From a virus, in IMG/VR virus record IMGVR_UViG_3300042914_003763, positions 1 to 64,000 of that record: 64,000 nt of DNA; one strand, given 5' to 3'. The translations under genes and the position numbers were made by a program. Below, piece after piece: positions 19,356 through 29,618 of this stretch (positions are counted from its first letter, which is position 1; the number at the start of each line of letters is the position of its first letter). The notes under the pieces were generated by a model. It was not told the origin of the DNA. It did not search any database and saw only the letters and a program-made list of their open reading frames with translations.

Positions 19356-20618
19356 ATGACAAAGTTAATCCATTTCGACAGTGGATTTATAGATAACAGT
19401 AATTATTCAACTAATGACGATGGTACTGTTACAACAGGAGGTTTAATCTTAGTAGAAGGAACTCATACTGATAGTAAGAAGAAAACACATATATTCAGTA
19501 GGAACAGATTATTCAAGATAGCTGAAAACACTAATGCGCTATTTGATAGTGGTGCTACTATTCCTGTACTTGATAATCACAATAAGTCTACTAAGGATAC
19601 ATTAGGATCGCTTGAAAGTGGTGTAAGACTAGAAGTAATAACTGAAGATAACCTACCTAACAAACGAGCTAAACATCTTATTGGTAAATTAGGTTTGTTT
19701 GTTGATGAAGTAGTTATCAAAGCTGCTGATGCAGTAGAAAAAGTTAGTAAGAATATTGTTAAAACAGTTAGCCCTGGACTTGATCTTGCTACTGAAACAA
19801 TACGCGAACTTTCATTAACACCACAACCCGCTATAGTAGGAATGTCTCTATATAGTGAAAATGCTAGTTACGGTAACTTCGGTAATAATTCTACTGCATT
19901 AACATTTGATGATCTTCGTAATGATAACGATCAAATGGAACAGTTAGAAGAACAATACGAATTACTAACTGAACAACTTTGGACTATTACTAAGAACATA
20001 CAAATGGCAGATGATGACTTACTTAATGGTGCAGATCCTAGTGAGTTACAAATGCAAGCTATTCAAGAATTTGTTGATCAGTTTGTTGAATTAATTGGTA
20101 TGAATCAAGATGAACAAGAAGAAGAGGAATACCAAGATCCACGTATGATGCAACAAGGTAGAGGTGTTAATCCTAATGTTGGTTACAGTAGTGATTTACC
20201 ATTAGCTGCATTTAGTATGGCGGATATGGAAGCTATATATAATTCTGAAAATGCAGAATTTGGCTATCGTCAAGCCGTAAGTGGTGTATTAAAAGCATTA
20301 AGACAACGTGGTACTACTGGTAAGACACTAGGTGAAATTGGTAGTAAGTTTGGAAGTAAAATGCTTAATGCTACTAAAGGTAAGTTAGCCGGTGTTGGTA
20401 GATTAGGTAAACGAATAGGTCAAACTATATCAGGATCTAGTGTTACTAAGAATCCTAAGTTATCTGATCGTCAACGTAAAGTAGCTACTAATGTAATTAC
20501 TAAGTCAGGTGGAAGAATGTTAACTAAATCAGGTAAGTTCATACCATCTAGTAATTTACAAACTAAAGCTAAACAATTAAGAACAAAAAATACTTTTGTT
20601 GTTGATAGTCCATTATAA
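19356..20618 (+). CDS. Prohead protease (Mu gpI-like) with acidic linker and basic C-terminal tail
   Basis: PVLDNH, TVSPG, ELSLTPQPAIVGM; lies upstream of scaffold and capsid. Confidence 0.7.
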   Translation: MTKLIHFDSGFIDNSNYSTNDDGTVTTGGLILVEGTHTDSKKKTHIFSRNRLFKIAENTNALFDSGATIPVLDNHNKSTKDTLGSLESGVRLEVITEDNLPNKRAKHLIGKLGLFVDEVVIKAADAVEKVSKNIVKTVSPGLDLATETIRELSLTPQPAIVGMSLYSENASYGNFGNNSTALTFDDLRNDNDQMEQLEEQYELLTEQLWTITKNIQMADDDLLNGADPSELQMQAIQEFVDQFVELIGMNQDEQEEEEYQDPRMMQQGRGVNPNVGYSSDLPLAAFSMADMEAIYNSENAEFGYRQAVSGVLKALRQRGTTGKTLGEIGSKFGSKMLNATKGKLAGVGRLGKRIGQTISGSSVTKNPKLSDRQRKVATNVITKSGGRMLTKSGKFIPSSNLQTKAKQLRTKNTFVVDSPL

Positions 20619-20631
20619 ATAATTAACAATT

Positions 20632-21207
20632 ATGACTAGACCTATTGCTGCTTTCTCAATGGAAGATTACGAACGTTTAACTCGTAACGCTTATCAAGCT
20701 GCTGAATTTAAACGTGGTAAAGATAAAAAGAAACGTAAAAAACGTGGATTAGGATTTTATGCAGGTGTCGGTGCTGGTGGTTTAACTGGAGCAGGTGCTT
20801 TAGCGGCTGGTGCTAGATATGGAGGTGCTGAATTAGGTTCTCGTAAAGCAGGTAAAGAGTTATCTGATTTAAGAATGAAAACTGGACTTGGTGGATCTGT
20901 AGATCCTAATGAAAGTCAAAGATTAGCTCGTAAGATGCGAGGTGGTGCTAAAGGTCAATTAAATCGTGACGTTCAAGCAGTTAAAGATTTTGGTAGTAAA
21001 GTTAAGAACTACGATTATAAAGGTATTCCTGGTCGTGTAGGTGAAGCTGCTAAAAATGTTGCTGGTAAAGCTGGTAATGCTTGGATGAACTCTTATGGTA
21101 AGTTAGGTTTACTTGGTGGTGGACTTGCTACAGCAGGTACATTAGGTGCTTTAGGTGCTGCTGGTTATGGTGCTTACCGTATGATGAACAAAAAGAAAAA
21201 GAAATAG
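20632..21207 (+). CDS. Leader-family basic Gly-rich protein (AAFSMED leader variant)
   Basis: PIAAFSMEDY...AAEF-KRGKDKKKRKKR; two GxxxG segments. Confidence 0.75.
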   Translation: MTRPIAAFSMEDYERLTRNAYQAAEFKRGKDKKKRKKRGLGFYAGVGAGGLTGAGALAAGARYGGAELGSRKAGKELSDLRMKTGLGGSVDPNESQRLARKMRGGAKGQLNRDVQAVKDFGSKVKNYDYKGIPGRVGEAAKNVAGKAGNAWMNSYGKLGLLGGGLATAGTLGALGAAGYGAYRMMNKKKKK

Positions 21208-21216
21208 GTACTAATC

Positions 21217-21498
21217 ATGTTTTTTCTATCTGACTACAATATATCTGAATACGGTAGAAAAAAGGGTAGTTCAGATAAGATTCCTAGTTGGAGAAGGAAT
21301 CTAAGACGATTACGTGACTCAACTTTCAATCCTAATACTGCTAATGCTGCTGCTGTAGGTGCAACTCTTGGTTTAACAGGTGGAGCAATTGCTGGTAGCA
21401 CTCCTAGAGCTAATAAGATTGGTGCTATTGCAGGATTAGCAGCAGGTACTACAGCAGGTATTGTAAGCTCATATCGTAATAAACGTAAAAAATACTAA
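21217..21498 (+). CDS. MFFLSD-leader glycine-zipper protein
   Basis: MFFLSDYNISEY-GRKKGSSDK; two Gly/Ala helices. Confidence 0.75.
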   Translation: MFFLSDYNISEYGRKKGSSDKIPSWRRNLRRLRDSTFNPNTANAAAVGATLGLTGGAIAGSTPRANKIGAIAGLAAGTTAGIVSSYRNKRKKY

Positions 21499-21517
21499 TT
21501 CTCCAAGTGGAAATAAT

Positions 21518-22465
21518 ATGGAAACACAACAAGCAATTCAATATAATACTGACTTATTTAACGAAACTATTGCCAACTTTGAAAAGATGTATGAGTTGGG
21601 GCAAATTGATGGTGAAGAATTTGAAGGATTACGAATTAACGCATATCAAGAATATCAAGAACGTCTTGAAAATATTCTTGATATTGATGCAGAAGGTTAC
21701 GATGAACTTGAATACGGTGCTGATGATAGCGATTATGCTGAGTTCAGCGTTGGTAGTCAATATGGTGCTGCTTTACTAGAACTAGGTGAAGCTGTTGGTT
21801 TTGAAGATGTTGAATCTTACTGTTACGGTTTAGCTGAGGCAACTGGTTACGATCCTAATGATATCTACAGTATCTTGACTGGTGAACTCGACCCATCTGA
21901 TGAGTTCAGTATTGATGTAGCTAATGCAATTGATCCTGGTAATGAAGAATTAGAAGCTAACCTATTCATCGCTGGTGTTGAAGAACGTGGTGAAGATATT
22001 AATGATTACTTAAATGATGAAGATGAGTACGAAGAAGATGAAGATGAAGATGAAGAATACGACAGTGAAGCATCTTACCGTGTAGCTCAACTTGAATCTG
22101 AAATTGCCGAGTTCAAATCCGCCGCTACCATTAAAGATGAATTACAAATGATTGAACAACAAGCATGGGCTTTAGTTCAACAAGGTAAAGTAACTCCTAA
22201 TGTTGTACAAACAATGTTAGGTAATTTTTCTACCGATGGAGATCGTTACGCTCACTTTAGTTCCTTATGCGATCAGAAGGGTTTGAATCCTGCTATTGAA
22301 TTATACGGAATGAATTACGCATTACGTGTACTTGAAACAATGCCTGAAATTGCATCTTTTGGTTACGAAGTAGAAGAAGAAATCAGTGATGAAGAATTAG
22401 AAGAAGAAGATGCTATTTCTCAAATTGCGGCTGAAATGATCAAGTTTCGTAATCAAAACAAATAA
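21518..22465 (+). CDS. Probable head scaffolding protein
   Basis: Very acidic and helical, lies between protease and capsid genes. Confidence 0.6.
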   Translation: METQQAIQYNTDLFNETIANFEKMYELGQIDGEEFEGLRINAYQEYQERLENILDIDAEGYDELEYGADDSDYAEFSVGSQYGAALLELGEAVGFEDVESYCYGLAEATGYDPNDIYSILTGELDPSDEFSIDVANAIDPGNEELEANLFIAGVEERGEDINDYLNDEDEYEEDEDEDEEYDSEASYRVAQLESEIAEFKSAATIKDELQMIEQQAWALVQQGKVTPNVVQTMLGNFSTDGDRYAHFSSLCDQKGLNPAIELYGMNYALRVLETMPEIASFGYEVEEEISDEELEEEDAISQIAAEMIKFRNQNK

Positions 22466-22487
22466 TCAATAAGGTAATTAATTAAAT

Positions 22488-23363
22488 ATGGCTTACTGGT
22501 CACGTAATAATGGTTCATTCGCAGTTGATCCTGCAATCTTAGTTAACGTTGGTGCTGACATTAACGTTGCTAACCGTAATAGTCTTGTTACTTCTGATTA
22601 CATTAGTTTAAATAATGAAGCTAAATCTGAAGTACCTGCTGGTCTATTTGTTGCAACAATGACTAATGGTGTAGATCGTTTCTTACCTCGTTGTAAAACA
22701 AAAACAGCTGTTACTGCATCTAGCACAACTACTGTTACATTATCTCCTTACAACATCTTTGTTCCTGGCGATATCTTACATACAGTAGAACCTTACGTTA
22801 CTTTAACTATTACTACTGTTAGTGCAGCACAAACTGTTACTGTAACATTAGAAGGCGTTATTGCAACAGCAACAGCAACAACTAATAACACTACTACTAC
22901 TGCTAGTGAAGTAGTTAATGCTATTAACTCTACTCCTATCATAAAGGATCGAGTTTATGCTCTTAATGCAGCTAACGTTGTTTATATTTATGCTAAGAAT
23001 GGAATTAGCTTATATACCTTAACTACTGGTGGTACTGTTACATCAGCAGCATTAAGTAATAGTGGAGTTATGGCACATAACAATACTGCAATTGGAACTA
23101 TTCAATCAATTGCTTATGCTACTGGTATTGCTACATTAACTGCTGCTGCTACTGCTACTGTTCCTGTTGGTGCTAACTTAGGAGTAAGAGGTATTAGTGA
23201 GATTAAGGGATTACATATTCACGCTGTTGACTTTACTGTAATCAAATCTCAAGCATTAAGTTTATATGCTCATTCTGTTGGCGTACGAACTCAGTTATTA
23301 CCTTACTTTGATCACACTTTGATTACAGCGTTACCTAAGTTAACATTCGGAACTATATTCTAA
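22488..23363 (+). CDS. Probable capsid decoration/cement protein
   Basis: VPAG-type motif, Thr/Ala-rich beta composition, immediately before the capsid gene. Confidence 0.55.
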   Translation: MAYWSRNNGSFAVDPAILVNVGADINVANRNSLVTSDYISLNNEAKSEVPAGLFVATMTNGVDRFLPRCKTKTAVTASSTTTVTLSPYNIFVPGDILHTVEPYVTLTITTVSAAQTVTVTLEGVIATATATTNNTTTTASEVVNAINSTPIIKDRVYALNAANVVYIYAKNGISLYTLTTGGTVTSAALSNSGVMAHNNTAIGTIQSIAYATGIATLTAAATATVPVGANLGVRGISEIKGLHIHAVDFTVIKSQALSLYAHSVGVRTQLLPYFDHTLITALPKLTFGTIF

Positions 23364-23448
23364 TTCAATAAAAGATAGAAAAATAAAGGTTAGAGTCCCG
23401 CAATGTTTTGAGTTTGCAACATAAACAAACTTATTAACATTCATAATC

Positions 23449-24657
23449 ATGGGCGCAATTCAATCTTTTCTGACTGATAAATTACAAGCTAAATATGCTG
23501 AACAATTAGTTGACGATACAATGTTTCGGGTTAAGCAACGTTCTCGTTTGCTTGATCAATTCATGCCTATCAAGACTTTCGATAACAATAAATTCATTGG
23601 TTATTTAACTGAGAAGTTAATGCCAATTGCCTCTTTCATCACAAGAGATGGTCGTATTCCTACTGCTGCTCATGGTGGTTTCCAACGTATGGTTGGTGAA
23701 CTACAATTAGTAGGTTTAGCTCATCAATTTGATGGTAAAACTCAAGAAGAAATGCTTGAGTTAATGGAAGAAGCGCAATATAAGAATCAACCTATCATGT
23801 CTATGCCTAATATGAGTGGCACGGGTATGATTCGTGGACTTAACGATACTTTTGCTGAAACTATTTATAACAAGATTGAAGGATTAGTATTTGGTATAAC
23901 TGACGTATTAACAGCAATGAGTTGGGATGTAGTTTGTACTGGTGAAATCAACCGTACTGACGCTCGTACTGGTGTTTCTCTTGTAGTTAACTTCAAAGAT
24001 GATTCCGCTAGTTATACATCTAAACATTTTCCTACTGCGTTAGTGACAACAGGTAATACTGCTAATCCTAAATTAAATAAATGGGATGATTTAGAATATG
24101 CAGATGGTATTGGTTTATTACAAGATTGGGTACTTGATTATCAAGATACTAATGGTTTTAAACCTGATCTGATTGTAATGTCAGAACGTCGTTTAATCAA
24201 TTTGTGTCAACAAAAAACAACCATTGAAAAATCACGACAATTAGCAGGTTTTGGTGGTGTTGGTGCTGTTAGTATGAACACATTATCTCAAGTGTTAATT
24301 GCTTATGGTATTCCTCCAATTAAGACTTATGATGAATACTATCAAGTTCCTTACACCAATGCTCAAAACTCAACCGCAACTAGAGATAAATATGTTGATA
24401 ACGCACGTTTCTTACCTGAAAATCGTGTAGTAATGTTGAAGACTGACATGGGTGTTCAAGCAATGGGTCAAACTATTGAAATGAAACACTTCCAAAACAA
24501 CATCAACCAAACACGTCTATCTCAAGAAGGTAGTTCTATTTTGGTTATGGTTAACTCTCGTAGTCAACTTCCTTTGTTAGATACGATTGAATCTATGAGT
24601 GTTCTATTACCTGTAGTTATGAATCCTAAATACTTAGCAGGTCGCGTAGTAGTTTAA
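23449..24657 (+). CDS. Major capsid protein (lambda gpE-like family)
   Basis: LDQFMP, KWDD..ADGIG, GFKPDLIVMS, IKTYDEYY, RFLPENRVV; 402 aa; strong terminator follows. Confidence 0.8.
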   Translation: MGAIQSFLTDKLQAKYAEQLVDDTMFRVKQRSRLLDQFMPIKTFDNNKFIGYLTEKLMPIASFITRDGRIPTAAHGGFQRMVGELQLVGLAHQFDGKTQEEMLELMEEAQYKNQPIMSMPNMSGTGMIRGLNDTFAETIYNKIEGLVFGITDVLTAMSWDVVCTGEINRTDARTGVSLVVNFKDDSASYTSKHFPTALVTTGNTANPKLNKWDDLEYADGIGLLQDWVLDYQDTNGFKPDLIVMSERRLINLCQQKTTIEKSRQLAGFGGVGAVSMNTLSQVLIAYGIPPIKTYDEYYQVPYTNAQNSTATRDKYVDNARFLPENRVVMLKTDMGVQAMGQTIEMKHFQNNINQTRLSQEGSSILVMVNSRSQLPLLDTIESMSVLLPVVMNPKYLAGRVVV

Positions 24658-24670
24658 TAACAGGTAGAAA

Positions 24671-24708
24671 AAATAACGCCGTATCTTGTAATGAGTACGG
24701 CGTTATTT
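24671..24708 (+). terminator. Rho-independent terminator after the capsid gene
   Basis: AAATAACGCCGTA...TACGGCGTTATTT. Confidence 0.75.
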
Positions 24709-24735
24709 AGTTTTTATTGTTATGGAATTAAATAT

Positions 24736-25587
24736 ATGTTTTTTCTATCTGATATTAATGTTGAGTTTGGTAGACTTTTAGGTTCTAAAGATAAAAAGAA
24801 ACGTAAATCAAAATTTATTCGTAATATTGGACTAGGATTAGGAAGTACAGGTTTAATATTAGGATTAGGTTATTTAGGATTAAAAGGTAAAGGTAATAAA
24901 ATACCCCCAACTTTTAAATTAGATCCTAAGAATATATTAGAAACACCACCTAATGCGACAAGTTCTAATAAAGCGATTCAAGGCAATTTAAAGTTACAAG
25001 GTGTAGTAGGTAAAGATAATTTAAAAGAAAGAATTGATGATAGAAGAATGGCTGTAACAGGTTCAAGAACATTAAAAGATGCTAAATATTATATTAATAA
25101 CTTAAAGAAAAAATACGGTAATAAAAAAACTGCTCAAATGATGAGAGAAAATGCAACTAGGATAAAAAAAGATCGTATTGCGATAATAGGTTATTATTCT
25201 GCTAATAATAATGATGTAATTGAATTTGGTAGGAGAACTGGTAGTAAGGATAAGAAGAAAAGAAAAGTTTATAGATTAAGAAATGGGCGCATTTTGAAAC
25301 CTAATCAAATTGTTAATGCTAATGATGGTAAACACAAAAAAATAGTATTAGCAAGTAAAGTTGTTAACGGTGAACGTAAATATAAAGTAATTCGTTTTGG
25401 TGCTAAGGGATACGGACATAATTATTCACCAGAAGCTAGAAAAAACTACCTTAAACGTAGTGGTGGAATAAGAAATAAAAGTGGCGAATTAACTAAGGAT
25501 GATAAGTTTAGTAAAAACTATTGGGCTAGAAAAATACTATGGGGTCGTAATACTAAACCATCTGGCACTGGTAGGTTTGCTAAATGA
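24736..25587 (+). CDS. MFFLSD-leader polyprotein-like protein (true start likely 24736)
   Basis: MFFLSDINVEF-GRLLGSKDKKKRK; internal VIEF-GRRTGSKDKKKRK; C-terminal IRFGAKGY...YLKRSGGI...FSKNYWARKILW domain. Confidence 0.75.
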   Translation: MFFLSDINVEFGRLLGSKDKKKRKSKFIRNIGLGLGSTGLILGLGYLGLKGKGNKIPPTFKLDPKNILETPPNATSSNKAIQGNLKLQGVVGKDNLKERIDDRRMAVTGSRTLKDAKYYINNLKKKYGNKKTAQMMRENATRIKKDRIAIIGYYSANNNDVIEFGRRTGSKDKKKRKVYRLRNGRILKPNQIVNANDGKHKKIVLASKVVNGERKYKVIRFGAKGYGHNYSPEARKNYLKRSGGIRNKSGELTKDDKFSKNYWARKILWGRNTKPSGTGRFAK

Positions 25588-25982
25588 ATAACAATTACAC
25601 CAAACCATCATTAAGAGAACGCATTAAAAAAAGTATTAAAAATAGTAATGTTGGTGGTACTGCTGCTGGTAAATGGAGTGCTAGAAAAAGTCAAATACTA
25701 GTTAAAAGATATGAAGAAGCAGGTGGTAGTTACAAACGTAGAAAAAATAGTACACAACGTAGTTTGAAAAAATGGTCGTCCGAAGAGTGGACTACGAAAT
25801 CAGGTAAACCTAGTAGCGTAACAGGTGAACGTTATTTACCAAAGAAAGTCATTAAGAAACTATCACCACAGCAATACGGTAGTGCAACAAGAAGTAAACG
25901 TAATGCAACTAAAGAAGGGAAACAATTCGCACCTTATAGTGATAACTTAAATAGTATAATGAAACAAAACAAGATATATTAA
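25584..25982 (+). CDS. Conserved basic phage protein (resembles DUF5872, from memory)
   Basis: YTKPSLRERIK, GKWSARKSQ, KKWSSEEW.TKSG, GERYLP. Confidence 0.7.
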   Translation: MNNNYTKPSLRERIKKSIKNSNVGGTAAGKWSARKSQILVKRYEEAGGSYKRRKNSTQRSLKKWSSEEWTTKSGKPSSVTGERYLPKKVIKKLSPQQYGSATRSKRNATKEGKQFAPYSDNLNSIMKQNKIY

Positions 25983-26002
25983 CTTTTTTATCTTTATTAA
26001 TT

Positions 26003-26488
26003 ATGGCAATAAGACTTCCAATCGCAGTAAAGAACGCATTTCGTTCAAGAACAGGTAAAGTTTTTACAGCACCCAAAGTTTTAGGACGTAAAAATATTGT
26101 ACGTAAACCTTTAAGATTACCAACTGTAGGTAATACACAACCTTACAGTAATAACTTAATTAATAGAACTGGTAAGAACGTAACAACTTATGCAACTAAA
26201 AGTGCTGCTAGACGTGCAGCTAAACAACAATCATTTCAACAAAGTAGAAATAACTTTAAAGCAGTAGGAATAGGTGAACGTCTAAGTAACTTGCGTAATA
26301 AAATAGCACCACCTAAACCTCCTCAACCAAAGGGTCTTAGTAAGCAAGCATTTAATGCACCTAAAGTTGGTGAGTCATTTGGTGCATATAACAAACGAAC
26401 TGCATTCCCTAAACCATTAAAAGCAGCAGGTAAGAGAACATTCGGTCAAATGATAGCTAAACCTAGATTCGGTAGTATGTCTAAATGA
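26003..26488 (+). CDS. Highly basic Pro/Lys/Arg-rich protein
   Basis: 161 aa with almost no acidic residues. Confidence 0.65.
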   Translation: MAIRLPIAVKNAFRSRTGKVFTAPKVLGRKNIVRKPLRLPTVGNTQPYSNNLINRTGKNVTTYATKSAARRAAKQQSFQQSRNNFKAVGIGERLSNLRNKIAPPKPPQPKGLSKQAFNAPKVGESFGAYNKRTAFPKPLKAAGKRTFGQMIAKPRFGSMSK

Positions 26489-26543
26489 TTAATTACTTAT
26501 TTTTTCTATCTCTTAATGGTATTTATTTGCGTCGTTATCACTT

Positions 26544-27815
26544 ATGACAATAACTAAACAACAACTTACAGATAAATATAATGAAGTTTATAGTGCAGAT
26601 AATGGTGTTAACAAAACATTTAATCAGTTAACTAAAGATGAGAAAGTAGAAGCATTACTTCAATTTATAACTGATAGTAGTGGAGGTGGTGATGCAAGTG
26701 CAGCTAACCAAGTTATAGGAAATACATCACTAACAAGTATTAACGGTAAGTTGCCTGCATTAGTCAATGGCAAAGTTCCGGTAGATATTGCCAGTCTTAG
26801 TGTAACTGTTAATAACGCAAATTTAGAGATTTCTAATGACGTAGGAAATCCTGTACCTGTTAGCGGCACATTTTGGCAAGCAACACAACCTGTAAGTGCT
26901 AGTAGTCTGCCTTTACCAGGCGGTGCTGCTACTAGTAGTTTACAAACTACCGCCAATACATCTTTGTCTAGTATAGACACCAAAACTCCGGTACTAGGAC
27001 AAGCGTTAGCTGCTGCTAGTACCCCAGTTGTTTTACCTGCTACCCAAATTACAGCTTTAACTCCGCCAACATCTGTGGGTATCAGTGGTACATTACCAGC
27101 ATTTACATCTACACCTACTTTTAATATAGGGACTGCACCTAATCTCACATTTACTAATACTAGCTTCACCGCAAACGCAGGTACTAATTTAAACACATCT
27201 CTGTTGGCACTAGAGTCTGGTGGCAATTTAGCAAGCATTAACACCAAATTACCTAGTAACCTAACTGTCACAGCTACTCGACTACTGGTGGATGGTAGTG
27301 GGGTAACTCAACCTGTGTCATTGACTGCCTTGCCAGCTTTGCCCGTCGGCACTAATAACATAGGGTCACTAACCAACATTACAGGCACAATTAGTTTACC
27401 CACGGGTGCTGCTACAGCAGCAAATCAGACCACTGGCAATACATCATTAAGTAGTATTGACGGCAAACTCCCCTCGACATTAGGGACAAAAACTTCTTCC
27501 GCTTCTCTATCTGTAAGTCCCGCTTTTGCGGCAACATCAACATTAACAAACGTAGCCAGTAGTGCGACATCTGTAACATTATTGGCGGCTAACAACAACA
27601 GAAAAACAGTGATAATACTAAATGACTCAACAGCAGACTTATATGTAACGCTAAACGCTAGTGCAGCAAGCACGACAAACTACTCGCTATTTTTAGCTGC
27701 TAAAGTAGGCAATACTCCATCATCTGCTATTTTTGGAGGAGATGACTACTCAGGTGAAATCAGAGGTATCTGGTCAAGTGCAAACGGATTTGCAAGGATT
27801 ACGGAGGTTGTGTAA
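26544..27815 (+). CDS. Fibre-like virion protein
   Basis: Repeated GAATxxxQTTxNTSLSSIDxK units; C-terminal jelly-roll-like segment (LLAANNNRK...GEIRGIW). Confidence 0.65.
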   Translation: MTITKQQLTDKYNEVYSADNGVNKTFNQLTKDEKVEALLQFITDSSGGGDASAANQVIGNTSLTSINGKLPALVNGKVPVDIASLSVTVNNANLEISNDVGNPVPVSGTFWQATQPVSASSLPLPGGAATSSLQTTANTSLSSIDTKTPVLGQALAAASTPVVLPATQITALTPPTSVGISGTLPAFTSTPTFNIGTAPNLTFTNTSFTANAGTNLNTSLLALESGGNLASINTKLPSNLTVTATRLLVDGSGVTQPVSLTALPALPVGTNNIGSLTNITGTISLPTGAATAANQTTGNTSLSSIDGKLPSTLGTKTSSASLSVSPAFAATSTLTNVASSATSVTLLAANNNRKTVIILNDSTADLYVTLNASAASTTNYSLFLAAKVGNTPSSAIFGGDDYSGEIRGIWSSANGFARITEVV

Positions 27816-28729
27816 TGGGAATTGTTATAAATAATCCGAGTAGTGCTACAAGGGATAACCGCAACTATATTATTAATAGTGACTTCAAAGTAGCTCAGGC
27901 GGCTACTTCAGCAACAATTACAGCCGGGAACGCCATCCCTACAGCTTCTTTAGGGTATCCAGTTCTTGACTGCTGGTTTGCTTATTCTGTAGGAGCTAAT
28001 TCAACTTTATCGCAAGAAGGAAACTTATCTGCAAAAAGACTGCAAATACAGACTAACGCTAATACAGCAGCTATGGGAATAGGGCAAAGAATAGAATCCG
28101 CCGACGCTGTTAATTTAGCAACAAAAACAGTAACTTTATCCTTTGAATGTTCTCATAGCAATTTAACTTCTTTAACAATTACAGCGAGCAGACCTACGAC
28201 ATCTGCTGACACTTTCGGAACTATTGCTAGTCCCACAAAAACTCAAATTGCTACTACAACAATCTCTATTACCAACGCTTCAACTAGATTTTCCTGGAGT
28301 TTTACTTGTCCTCAAGAAGTAGAAAGAGGTCTAGAAGTTTTATTTACATTTGGTTCTAATGCTTCTTCTGGAACTTTCCAATTAGCAAATGTAAAATTAG
28401 AAGAAAGTTCTTCAGCTACTAGTTTTATTCCTACAATCTATGTAGAAGAATTAAGAAAGTGTCAGAGATATTTTATAAGAATGTCTGACCATTTATATAG
28501 TTATTACACCGCCGCTGGTCAAAATCTAACTACCGAAAGTCTACACCTAAATATGTTTGGGACTACTAGAATTAGAAATCTAATTTCCTCAAATCCCACT
28601 TTTGGCACTTCATCAATTACTGTAAGTGCAGGAATTAGTGCCGACTCCACTAGAGCCACCTATACAAGCCCAGCGGCGGGATTCTATGGAGGCAGTCCCA
28701 TATACACAGTATCAGCTTACATTCCTTAA
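27815..28729 (+). CDS. Fibre/carbohydrate-binding virion protein
   Basis: RNYIINSDFKVAQ, DCW, GQRIES, VKLEE, EELRKCQRYF. Confidence 0.65.
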   Translation: MGIVINNPSSATRDNRNYIINSDFKVAQAATSATITAGNAIPTASLGYPVLDCWFAYSVGANSTLSQEGNLSAKRLQIQTNANTAAMGIGQRIESADAVNLATKTVTLSFECSHSNLTSLTITASRPTTSADTFGTIASPTKTQIATTTISITNASTRFSWSFTCPQEVERGLEVLFTFGSNASSGTFQLANVKLEESSSATSFIPTIYVEELRKCQRYFIRMSDHLYSYYTAAGQNLTTESLHLNMFGTTRIRNLISSNPTFGTSSITVSAGISADSTRATYTSPAAGFYGGSPIYTVSAYIP

Positions 28730-28743
28730 ATAAAAGCAAAAAT

Positions 28744-29172
28744 ATGAACTTCTCTTATCAACTATTGGCAAACGATTCTGATTCAATATTGAGGTCAGAT
28801 GGAGCAATTATCCCCAAAGGAAATAATGGTGACTGGCAACTTTACGAAATTTGGTTAAAGGAAGGCAATACTCCTGACGCTGCTGACGTTGTAGCTGTTC
28901 TTCCTAATTGGGATGAACTTTACTGTAGTCTTTTGGTTGGTAGCTTAAAACCTTTATATTTAAGTTTAAAAGAGGCAGCTAAAACTAATAATATTGTTTC
29001 TGTTGATTACGTAAATCTTATTATGGTTATTTCCAGCATTCGCACAGAACAAGCATTGAAAGAATGTTTTGATGAGTTAATTAATGATGGATATTCAACG
29101 AGTCCAGACCACATTACTGCATGGAATACTGCATTAATTAATTTTGGTTTCAGTTCATCTGTACAACTTTAA
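28744..29172 (+). CDS. Fibre-associated/chaperone-like protein
   Basis: RSDGAIIP...DWQLYEIWLKEGNTP. Confidence 0.55.
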   Translation: MNFSYQLLANDSDSILRSDGAIIPKGNNGDWQLYEIWLKEGNTPDAADVVAVLPNWDELYCSLLVGSLKPLYLSLKEAAKTNNIVSVDYVNLIMVISSIRTEQALKECFDELINDGYSTSPDHITAWNTALINFGFSSSVQL

Positions 29173-29261
29173 TTGGCTGAATTTGGTGTTGTATTGGTTA
29201 ATGAAATTGAAGAGTTAATTTAGTATAATTAAACTAATAACTTTAACTCAATTTAACAACT

Positions 29262-29615
29262 ATGACAATCTCATCTTCATTTAAGCGCGAAAAACTAAAT
29301 CCTACTTTATCTAAAGCATTATCATTTACTGGTGCTATTGCTGAAGGTACGAATGAATTTATTGTTGATATTAACTTAACTATTACTAAAGATGATGCAA
29401 GTACAGTAACTAAGACTGTTCAACGTATTGTATTACCACTTATTATTCTCAATAATGAATTAACTGTTGTACCTAAACAATACGTGTTTCCAGGTAATGC
29501 AACAATTTATTCTAGTGGTGGTGTAACACCAGCATTAACTTCCGCAACATCTGGTAATAAATCTGATTTAAACACATTTCTAACTCAAGCTGGTGATGCA
29601 CCAGAAAACTCATAA
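29262..29615 (+). CDS. Hypothetical virion protein
   Basis: ORF in the late operon. Confidence 0.6.
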   Translation: MTISSSFKREKLNPTLSKALSFTGAIAEGTNEFIVDINLTITKDDASTVTKTVQRIVLPLIILNNELTVVPKQYVFPGNATIYSSGGVTPALTSATSGNKSDLNTFLTQAGDAPENS

Positions 29616-29618
29616 CAT

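Noticed and set aside
26660-27673. Antisense or alternate-frame ORFs here and at 1329, 2969, 3943, 6575, 8430, 8737, 9430, 10840, 11536, 14475, 15139, 16296, 21507, 34664-40918, 42841, 45624, 51972-53974, 56851
   Set aside because: Shadow frames of well-supported genes or RNAs, with no recognisable motifs
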